The notes: generated from the letters alone by a model not told the origin. Shown: positions 1-6,939, numbered from the stretch's first letter. The stretch: DNA of 45,491 bases from a virus (IMGVR_UViG_3300018083_000049:1-45491), one strand, 5' to 3'. Translations and numbers: made by a program.

Positions 1-457
1 CAAGCACCGTGCACGGCATGACATGCGACAACGCATACATCACATGCACATGGCCTTATTACATAACATCATATATCATATAGCATGCTATTACATGCAT
101 ATTGCAATGATATGCATATCCCATAGCAGCACTCAGACCTAGGCTACACAGGCTCTATCATAGCATAGGGTTTGCTATGTAGTGCTGACACTGCCTGTCC
201 TGGCCATGCCTGAGCCTTGCCATGCATGGGACACGTTAGTTGATTAGCGTTATCTAGCTAAACAATTGCCATGCATTCCTAGCATGTATGCAATGTTCAT
301 GGCATGATGTCATATGCATAGGAATGCTAAAAGACAAAAGGCTTTACGCAGGGTGACGAGGGCATCTCATAGTGTCTCACTATTCTCCATGCATGAGACT
401 AGCATGCCGATTGTCTCACATCCAGCCTGACACTGCTGTGTGGCATTCCGTGAGACA

Positions 458-498
458 CTGCGTTGCATTGCATTGCGTTGCGTTGCATTATGCATTGC
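458..498. repeat. Tandem pentamer repeat (TTGCR)n upstream of the first promoter
   Basis: ctgcg-ttgca-ttgca-ttgcg-ttgcg-ttgca-ttatgcattgc, read directly. Confidence 0.75.
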
Positions 499-516
499 TG
501 TTATGCGCTAGCCGAG

Positions 517-545
517 TTGACACAAGCGTTGCATACCGCTATAAT
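517..545 (+). promoter_or_regulatory. Early sigma70 promoter P1
   Basis: TTGACA (517-522), 17-nt spacer, TATAAT (540-545): perfect consensus ~60 nt before the ATG at 608. Confidence 0.92.
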
Positions 546-607
546 GATGAAAGTAAGCAGACGACAGGGATTGTCCATTGCCGCTGACTTACGAAAGGAC
601 TAACCAA

Positions 608-1573
608 ATGGCTTCGAGAACCAAAGCTAAGGCAACCGCTCCCGTTGCTCCAATCGAGACCATCATGGCTAAGGACAGCATGCCGATGCTGCTTCCGCCG
701 AACGTTGTAACCGAGTTGATGAACTCGGCATATGACGATACCGCAACAGGTAGCAAGCTTACAGAACGCGGTTCGCAACGTGCGGTGTGCGCTGTCATGT
801 ACCACATGTATCAGGTGATCAGTGACGGCAAATGCAACCATGCATTGCGTGACTGTGCACTGGCCAGCAACCATGGCAAGGACACACGCGAGGCTATCAA
901 CGCAATCATGGTTGCGCATTTCGTCCCTGCTGCTGAGACAAATAGCGACATGGGCGATGATGAAGTGGGATCGATCAAAGACACACGTGATAAGCACGTT
1001 CGCTTGATCAAGCGCAGTGTCACGACTGCGGGTGTGCTCGAAGCAAGTGGCGTAGTTGCTGCCGACTTCAATCATACCACTGGTATGTTCACCGTCCCGA
1101 GTAAGATCATGTATCCGGCCGATGCTGCTGCACTGGACCGACTGCTTGATAATGCTTTCATTGACCTTGACGGTCAGACCATCTCGTTTCATGGTCGTAC
1201 GAGCAAAGGCAAAACGCGTGTCATCAACGCACGCGCTAGCATTGCACAAGTCTATGAGATCAACGCGCCTAAGCTTGGCAACGGTAAGCGTAAGGCTGTT
1301 GTGCCAGGAACACCACCGGTCACGCAATCGAATGCTCCTGCTACTGATACGAGTGTGAAGTTCACAAACGTAGAGGACGTGGCCGCACGCGTACCAGTGA
1401 TAATAATGATCGAAGCATTGCATTCAATCATCATTGAGAGCGGTCCAGCCGAACCAATCGCACGTGACACGTATGATGCAAAGACGTGGAACATGATAAG
1501 CGCATTGATGATGCGCTTTGATGAAAGCTTCAAGGCATGGGATGCTAAGCCCGTGCAAGCCAAAGCCGCATAA
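608..1573 (+). CDS. First early protein (321 aa), unknown function
   Basis: ORF 578..1573; ATG at 608 preceded by AAGGA; has its own promoter and terminator. Confidence 0.85.
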   Translation: MASRTKAKATAPVAPIETIMAKDSMPMLLPPNVVTELMNSAYDDTATGSKLTERGSQRAVCAVMYHMYQVISDGKCNHALRDCALASNHGKDTREAINAIMVAHFVPAAETNSDMGDDEVGSIKDTRDKHVRLIKRSVTTAGVLEASGVVAADFNHTTGMFTVPSKIMYPADAAALDRLLDNAFIDLDGQTISFHGRTSKGKTRVINARASIAQVYEINAPKLGNGKRKAVVPGTPPVTQSNAPATDTSVKFTNVEDVAARVPVIIMIEALHSIIIESGPAEPIARDTYDAKTWNMISALMMRFDESFKAWDAKPVQAKAA

Positions 1574-1590
1574 CCTAGCCTAGCCTAACC

Positions 1591-1620
1591 AAGCCCCGTT
1601 CCGAAAGGAGCGGGGCTTTT
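1591..1620 (+). terminator. Rho-independent terminator
   Basis: AGCCCCGTTCC-GAAA-GGAGCGGGGCT stem with GNRA loop, followed by T run, 17 nt after the stop at 1573. Confidence 0.92.
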
Positions 1621-1950
1621 CTGCGTCTGCGCTATGCCCATCCGTAGCACGCGCCCGAGCGTGAGCGAGGGCGCGGGTGGAGGGCGAGACTAGGTAAGAT
1701 GAATATACATATCGCCACCGGCGCACAGCACGCACGAGGCTGCGAATAATATACCTAACCTAACCTCGAACCATGACACCAACCTATACTCCTGTAAGCC
1801 ATACAACACAACAACTTGATTATACAACATAATCCCTCCCCACTTATGGACCAACCCCCAGCCAAAAGGCCCGTGGACCCGTGGATATTCTGCGTGCGAG
1901 ACGATTGCCCCCTTGCCCCAACCAACTATTTCGTGCCAAATGCAAATCAG

Positions 1951-2156
1951 GTGTGGACATTTGATCCGCTGTGTGCAGACTACTCATAGTTGCCGCAACG
2001 AGGCTGATCCCCTCATCCGTGCAGACAGCTAGAGTGTGGGCACTGCCCAAACTCAAAACGATCAAGTGTCCACACTCACAGAGGCTTTGCAAATCATGCA
2101 TTGCCCTGGGTAGAGGCATGTCTGCTGATCATACCCATCAGCGAAGCAGCAGACAT
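1951..2156 (+). ncRNA. Candidate structured RNA (or structured ssDNA origin element)
   Basis: Nested inverted repeats 1951-1966/2060-2075, 1968-1977/2020-2029, 2032-2054 and 2118-2127/2147-2156; loop-loop complementarity 2107-2112/2132-2137; no credible ORF; G-U wobbles favour the + strand. Confidence 0.45.
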
Positions 2157-2246
2157 CCACTACATAATACTTACTTAATCATTATATGATTACATCAACA
2201 TGATATGCATAGCATACCATGAGCGCAGCTATGTGTTACAGAGTAC

Positions 2247-2275
2247 TTGACACAAGCGTAATAATGTGCTATTAT
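2247..2275 (+). promoter_or_regulatory. Early sigma70 promoter P2
   Basis: TTGACA (2247-2252), N17, TATTAT (2270-2275) with TGn extended -10; shares TTGACACAAGCG with P1. Confidence 0.88.
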
Positions 2276-2361
2276 ACAAGAACAATTGGAGAGGGGAAGA
2301 GGAACTGCTAAATAGTCAGTATGTCTATGCAATATGCATATCACATGAAGGAACAAGACAA

Positions 2362-2544
2362 ATGCAACACAAGTCCACAGACACATTCGTATACGTAGTG
2401 CAGAACACAGCCGATGCACGCATGGATTATTATCTAACAGAACGCAGAGCCAAGGAAGTCGGTCTGCCAACAATACATGTGTATAACACAGGCGTGCAAT
2501 ACTACGATCCACATGGCAAGTACTTCCCAGAACGCGTGATGTAA
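2362..2544 (+). CDS. Hypothetical protein (60 aa)
   Basis: ORF 2266..2544; ATG at 2362 follows GAAGGA and lies downstream of P2. Confidence 0.6.
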   Translation: MQHKSTDTFVYVVQNTADARMDYYLTERRAKEVGLPTIHVYNTGVQYYDPHGKYFPERVM

Positions 2545-2545
2545 C

Positions 2546-2740
2546 ATGATCACAGGACGACTGAGCGGCAAACAAGTATCACGCATCATCGACATGTGGG
2601 ATGAAGGCCGCTCAGTCGGCTCTATCGCTGCTGAACTACGCGTATCGAAGAACATCATCACTGGACACCTGAACCGACTCCGTAAGCGTGGTGTCCCATT
2701 GGCGTCACGCAAATCACCTATAATAAGGAAGACGAAATGA
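2546..2740 (+). CDS. GcrA-like helix-turn-helix protein (N-terminal DNA-binding domain only)
   Basis: MWDEGRSVGSIAAELRVSKNIITGHLNRL matches the GcrA pattern LWxEGxSxxxIAxxLxxxSRNAVIGKxxRL; only 64 aa. Confidence 0.72.
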   Translation: MITGRLSGKQVSRIIDMWDEGRSVGSIAAELRVSKNIITGHLNRLRKRGVPLASRKSPIIRKTK

Positions 2741-3018
2741 GTACATTCGAACAGGCATACCGTGATCCATGCATGGCAATACCACGTGAACGCTTGGTTA
2801 TTACCGCGCCAGAGGCGCGACCGGCCGTGCTTGGCGATACGCAAGACGTGCTTGAACCTATACTTGAACAAAGCAAAGCAGCATCACCAACATCATGGCC
2901 AACTAGCATCAACCCACGTGAATGCGATCACCACTACCAACCACTACGTGAAGGACTCGTATGCTGTAGCATCTGCGGATGGTGGTGGGATGCGGACTTC
3001 GAGAGTAGTGTGCGATGA
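2737..3018 (+). CDS. Hypothetical protein with C-terminal Cys/His cluster (possible Zn ribbon)
   Basis: ATGA overlap with the upstream gene; CDHH...CCSICGWWW. Confidence 0.6.
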   Translation: MSTFEQAYRDPCMAIPRERLVITAPEARPAVLGDTQDVLEPILEQSKAASPTSWPTSINPRECDHHYQPLREGLVCCSICGWWWDADFESSVR

Positions 3019-3119
3019 ATGCCTTATTGAACTTCTGCGCCATAATCGTCGGTGCAATACACTTCCTCTGGTTACCAGCCCTACTCGTGTTCCTGATCTA
3101 CTACTGGTTCACACACTGA
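3015..3119 (+). CDS. Small membrane peptide (34 aa), paralog of 3300..3479
   Basis: Hand translation MNALLNFCAIIVGAIHFLWLPALLVFLIYYWFTH; ATGA overlap; shares N.CA...WLPAL with 3300..3479; below the ORF-track cutoff. Confidence 0.65.
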   Translation: MNALLNFCAIIVGAIHFLWLPALLVFLIYYWFTH

Positions 3120-3132
3120 AGGAGACAACCAC

Positions 3133-3303
3133 ATGATGACCAAGAAGGACTACATCCTAATCAGCACAGCCATACGCAGTATAGACAATGACCTGATACG
3201 TGTTAGCTGTGCACGTGTGCTTGCGTATGCATTGCGTGAGGACAACAGGAGATTTGATATAGACAAATTCATCAATGCATGTGGGAAGGAGCATGTGAAA
3301 TGA
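3133..3303 (+). CDS. Small protein (56 aa), paralog of 3760..3975
   Basis: Hand translation MMTKKDYILISTAIRSIDNDLIRVSCARVLAYALREDNRRFDIDKFINACGKEHVK; strong AAGGAG RBS. Confidence 0.8.
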   Translation: MMTKKDYILISTAIRSIDNDLIRVSCARVLAYALREDNRRFDIDKFINACGKEHVK

Positions 3304-3479
3304 TTGCATTCATACGAAACATATGCGCATGGTGCTTTGTCATTGTGATATACATCGGTTGGCTACCTGCACTTGCTATAGCATGCACGTTTATATTTGG
3401 TGTAGATGAGCCAACACCACAGGTCACATGTGTAACCACATCACGTGGTAACATCGTATGTGGAGAGAAGGTGCCATGA
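3300..3479 (+). CDS. Small membrane protein (59 aa)
   Basis: ATG at 3300 overlaps the upstream stop (ATGA); AAGGAG RBS; hydrophobic N-terminal half. Confidence 0.7.
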   Translation: MIAFIRNICAWCFVIVIYIGWLPALAIACTFIFGVDEPTPQVTCVTTSRGNIVCGEKVP

Positions 3480-3760
3480 CCAGCAACTTGATCAGTGGCT
3501 TTGCTGCGTTGCCATATAAGACACTAACACTTGAGCAATGCCTGATCGGCGTGCCCACTGGAACACGACTGCATCGCATCATCCGACTGGAGCATGGATG
3601 GCGATTGTGGTTGTCTACAAATGACTATATCCACGGCACCTACCTGGAGTGCCACAACAGTGGTATAGTCACACGCACAACAGTACGAGAGGATGAAGGA
3701 GACGAGACAATACCGATACGACCAGCCGATAACACAATCCGATATGGATGGAATAAGTAA
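3476..3760 (+). CDS. Hypothetical protein (94 aa)
   Basis: ATGA-coupled start within ORF 3458..3760. Confidence 0.7.
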   Translation: MTSNLISGFAALPYKTLTLEQCLIGVPTGTRLHRIIRLEHGWRLWLSTNDYIHGTYLECHNSGIVTRTTVREDEGDETIPIRPADNTIRYGWNK

Positions 3761-3975
3761 TGCATCGCAAGGACTACATGCTGCTCGCATCCATCATATG
3801 TGACATGGAGGATGCACACATGCGACGTGCATGTGCTAAGGAGATAGCATATGGTCTACAGAAGGCAGACAGATCATTCCAAATTGATCTGTTCCTAAGC
3901 GTATGCCTTGACGCTAGTAAACCGAGGACACTGATACTCAACATGAGTAAACAACCAGCCGATGGACGGCAATAA
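3760..3975 (+). CDS. Small protein (71 aa), paralog of 3133..3303
   Basis: MHRKDYMLLASII...RRACAKEIAYGLQKADRSFQIDLFLSVC; TAATG overlap. Confidence 0.75.
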   Translation: MHRKDYMLLASIICDMEDAHMRRACAKEIAYGLQKADRSFQIDLFLSVCLDASKPRTLILNMSKQPADGRQ

Positions 3976-3981
3976 CACAAG

Positions 3982-4365
3982 GTGAATGATATGACAATCA
4001 ATGCGACCCTCAAAGGTGCTGAGCTTGCCAACTACTTGGCTATCACACTCAGTGACCTGGAATTCGAATTGCTCGTGCGTAATCGAATCAAGAATGAATT
4101 CGCACGGCTGCATAGGCATGAGCCAAATCTCAGTGAGTCATACAACACATGTCGTTTCGGTATGTCGTGGAGTGATGAAAGTGAATGGCATGTGCGTGTT
4201 GGTGAGAACTACAACAAATCCGCAGAGGTAGATGGACAGGTGTTGTCACGTTGCTGTAGTGATGTGGCCAAGTTGTATGAGATGAAGAATGGCAACAAGT
4301 TGAGTTTGTTGTTGCCTGCTCCTGAGGTTGATGTGGATGTGGGTAGCGAAGACAAGAAGTGGTGA
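3982..4365 (+). CDS. Hypothetical protein (~125 aa)
   Basis: ORF in the operon chain; start is either GTG 3982 or ATG 3991. Confidence 0.7.
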   Translation: MNDMTINATLKGAELANYLAITLSDLEFELLVRNRIKNEFARLHRHEPNLSESYNTCRFGMSWSDESEWHVRVGENYNKSAEVDGQVLSRCCSDVAKLYEMKNGNKLSLLLPAPEVDVDVGSEDKKW

Positions 4366-4457
4366 GTCAGATCGTCGGCGCGAAGGGGATATGCTATGCA
4401 TAGGTGGCGATACGTGCATTCGTGCAATCGTCGTTATCATTAATCCCCTGGGGTTTA

Positions 4458-4480
4458 GGGGGCACGCTTTGCGTGCCCCC
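4458..4480. promoter_or_regulatory. Perfect GC-rich hairpin just upstream of the HNH gene
   Basis: GGGGGCACGC-TTT-GCGTGCCCCC, 12 nt before ATG 4493; no U-tract. Confidence 0.55.
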
Positions 4481-4492
4481 GTTCTATAGGAT

Positions 4493-4978
4493 ATGGCCAT
4501 GCCAATAACCAACGAACCAAAGGACGTGTTCAAGTTATATTCCATGAACGTAGCTCCAGACGAATGCTGGCAATGGCATGGTGCATGGGGCGGTCAACCA
4601 CGTGAGAAGCGTCCTTACTTCATGTGTGGTGGCGTGCGAACAGCGGCATATCGTTGGGTGTATGAGCTGGTCCATGGTGTGCGGTTGCGACATGATCAAC
4701 TCGTACTCCATAGCTGTGATCGAGGTGGATATCCATGTGGCTGTGGTAATCCCGCACACCTCCGTCTTGGCACACGCACAGACAATACCAACGACGCAAT
4801 GGAACGCGAACGACATGGTATGCCTAAACACGTGGTGCGTGCTATCCGCAAACTCCTCAGTGAGGGCCGAACACAAGAGGAAGTGGGCAAACTCTATGGC
4901 CTCTCGCGCACAGGCATTGGACGTATCGCACGAGGCGAAATCCACTCGCACGTAGGAGATGAGCCCCCCGCGTGCTAA
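4493..4978 (+). CDS. HNH endonuclease with C-terminal HTH (homing-endonuclease-like)
   Basis: CWQWHG...AYRWVYELVHG...VLHSCD...CGNPAHLRLGTRTDN, then TQEEVGKLYGLSRTGIGRI HTH. Confidence 0.9.
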   Translation: MAMPITNEPKDVFKLYSMNVAPDECWQWHGAWGGQPREKRPYFMCGGVRTAAYRWVYELVHGVRLRHDQLVLHSCDRGGYPCGCGNPAHLRLGTRTDNTNDAMERERHGMPKHVVRAIRKLLSEGRTQEEVGKLYGLSRTGIGRIARGEIHSHVGDEPPAC

Positions 4979-5199
4979 CCTTCCATGTGGACGCTCCGAG
5001 TTCACCAATGACCCTGATCACATCCCTCGCCAATGTGGGCACCCAAATCCTCGCTAGCCTCACACCACAACTGCTTGCCATCATACTACTCAACATCGTG
5101 TTCATTGGCTTGTTCATCTGGTTCATCGATGCACGAGCCAACCATACCGTCATGGTCATGCAACAACTGCTTGACGCTTGCATACTGAAAGGGAAATGA
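4972..5199 (+). CDS. Small single-pass membrane protein
   Basis: LLAIILLNIVFIGLFIWFI TM segment; start GTG 4972 or ATG 5008. Confidence 0.65.
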   Translation: MLTFHVDAPSSPMTLITSLANVGTQILASLTPQLLAIILLNIVFIGLFIWFIDARANHTVMVMQQLLDACILKGK

Positions 5200-5409
5200 A
5201 TGAATTGGATAGAACCAACCGAGGAACAAATGATACTTGCCTGTCATGCCTACCTGGAGGCACTGCATGAGGACATGCACAACGACCGGCCAGTGGATTG
5301 GTCCGATGCCAGATGGAACCAACATGTGCATGACCAAATGGAATTCACGCGCCAACTTATGCGACCAGTGGTCGGTGCGATCATCAACCAACGTAAGACA
5401 GTGGAATGA
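5200..5409 (+). CDS. Hypothetical protein (69 aa)
   Basis: Abuts the upstream stop; part of the operon chain. Confidence 0.65.
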   Translation: MNWIEPTEEQMILACHAYLEALHEDMHNDRPVDWSDARWNQHVHDQMEFTRQLMRPVVGAIINQRKTVE

Positions 5410-5413
5410 ATGA

Positions 5414-5647
5414 ATGCAGAATGCACAATCAATCGAACGGGCAATACAACTCATCGCACGGCAAATAGAACACGTCCATGCCCGTGTGGATGATCTGCAA
5501 GCTATGGTCACGACCCTCCAAGCCACCAGTGCACAGCACGAGTACAAACTAGAGGAGCTAACCAACCGTGTCCGGAATCAAACCTATCAAACCAATCCAA
5601 ACGACACTCCCAACAGTGACAAACTCAGTCACACCGAAATCACTTAA
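5414..5647 (+). CDS. Hypothetical coiled-coil protein (77 aa)
   Basis: Heptad-like helical sequence; part of the operon chain. Confidence 0.55.
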   Translation: MQNAQSIERAIQLIARQIEHVHARVDDLQAMVTTLQATSAQHEYKLEELTNRVRNQTYQTNPNDTPNSDKLSHTEIT

Positions 5648-5760
5648 ACAACCAGATGTGCCTAAATTCCATGGCCCATCTGCTAAACGACTGCAAACAA
5701 TCACGCCACGACGTGTGGCCGGTGCCATAATCGCTGGCAAACCCAAACTGAGTATCTAAC

Positions 5761-5985
5761 ATGACACGCTTCAGCAAACTAATACTTGATGCACAAGGTA
5801 AACCAGTCGAAACTGATATACGTGACATCCAGCAATCAGTTATAATGAATTGCCCAAACTGTATCCTCTTGGCTAAACATTACCGTGCAGATGGTAGTTG
5901 CATGTGTGATGATCCGCTCAACCATGATATGACTGCGTGGGGATATACGTGGGATACTAAAACCAACATGTGGACAGGAGAATAA
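5761..5985 (+). CDS. Hypothetical protein with CxxC/CxC motifs (74 aa)
   Basis: CPNC...H...CMCDD; ends 1 nt before the next gene. Confidence 0.65.
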   Translation: MTRFSKLILDAQGKPVETDIRDIQQSVIMNCPNCILLAKHYRADGSCMCDDPLNHDMTAWGYTWDTKTNMWTGE

Positions 5986-5986
5986 C

Positions 5987-6937
5987 ATGCCACTCGATGC
6001 AACCTGGGATAACGTCAGCCCTATCCCACCCGAACACGATCCGTTCGCTGAACACAATGCCAAACCATCGTCCATCATGTTCCCAGTAGGTGAACGCAGA
6101 GTAGGATGGCAAACGCGTGCTGGTGGATACCAACGTATCAACACACATAAGGCCATCATCCGTGTTCCAGATGTGGATGATACAATGACACTCAATGAGG
6201 AGAGTGTGCATGTGCTGGGTGTGGTGGGCACTGGCTATCAACTCATCCACAACAAGGAACTGTTTGGGCGTGTGGAGCAAACCATGCGCAAGGTAATGCC
6301 TGCACATACCTTGGATGGAGTTCAAATTAAGGACAGGGTGTCAGGATATGGACGTATGTGCTACCGCGAATACATCTTCCCCAACATCAAGTGCAACCTG
6401 GGACGTGATGCAAAGTCAGACATTGCGTTCCGAACCATCGTGCAGAATGGCTATGGCGGTTCCGCACTACGCATCCACAGTGGAGCAATCGATTTCTTCT
6501 GCACCAATGGCATCATCAGTGGTGAACACCAGTCAACATACAACAAGCACACGAGTGGCCTCGTGATCACAGGCGTGGATCGTATCATCGAACGTGCACT
6601 GGAGACGTTCGCGAATAACCAAACCAAGTGGGCAAAGTGGACGCAAACACCTGTGAAACATGCAGCTGCGATGGATTTGTTCAAGGAATTGGCCGCGAGT
6701 GACAAACTATGCGAGAACCTGGGCATGCAATACCTGCGTGAACAGGAAGAACGTGGACCGAACTTGTGGTCGGTGTATAGTGCAATGACATACTACGCAT
6801 CACATGCGGAGGGTGAGTTCAAGTTGCGTGCTACAACTGAAGCACAGGATAGTGTTGCCGCGACTATGCTAAAGCGTGAACTCAATGTGGCGCGTTGGGT
6901 TGAGACACCAGCGTGGAGACGACTAGAGTTGGCGTAG
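5987..6937 (+). CDS. DUF932/DUF945-family phage/plasmid protein
   Basis: VLGVVGTGYQLIHN, NGYGGSAL...FFCTNG, KHT and NLWSVYSAMTYYASH motifs; GGAG RBS. Confidence 0.8.
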   Translation: MPLDATWDNVSPIPPEHDPFAEHNAKPSSIMFPVGERRVGWQTRAGGYQRINTHKAIIRVPDVDDTMTLNEESVHVLGVVGTGYQLIHNKELFGRVEQTMRKVMPAHTLDGVQIKDRVSGYGRMCYREYIFPNIKCNLGRDAKSDIAFRTIVQNGYGGSALRIHSGAIDFFCTNGIISGEHQSTYNKHTSGLVITGVDRIIERALETFANNQTKWAKWTQTPVKHAAAMDLFKELAASDKLCENLGMQYLREQEERGPNLWSVYSAMTYYASHAEGEFKLRATTEAQDSVAATMLKRELNVARWVETPAWRRLELA

Positions 6938-6939
6938 AC

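Noticed and set aside
539-1423. 294-aa antisense ORF over gene 1
   Set aside because: Shadow of the + strand gene, which has the promoter, RBS and terminator; Cys/His-rich, unnatural composition.
1968-2029. Cloverleaf-like fold as a tRNA gene
   Set aside because: No TTCG/T-loop, D-loop GG or CCA end, and arm lengths do not match.
2102-2156. HDV-like, pistol or hammerhead ribozyme assignment for the pseudoknot
   Set aside because: GCGAA before the closing strand recalls HDV J4/2, but P3/L3/P1.1 are missing. The pistol AAA linker and the hammerhead CUGANGA/GAAA cores are absent. Left unclassified.
1844-2189. Short ORFs 1844..2119 (-) and 1971..2189 (+) in the intergenic region
   Set aside because: No convincing RBS, atypical composition and no operon coupling; the region is better explained as a structured non-coding element.
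5568-5759. 63-aa basic ORF overlapping 5414..5647
   Set aside because: It fills the gap to 5761 and has a possible RBS, but overlaps the upstream ORF by 80 nt; I could not decide which frame is real, so it was not called.
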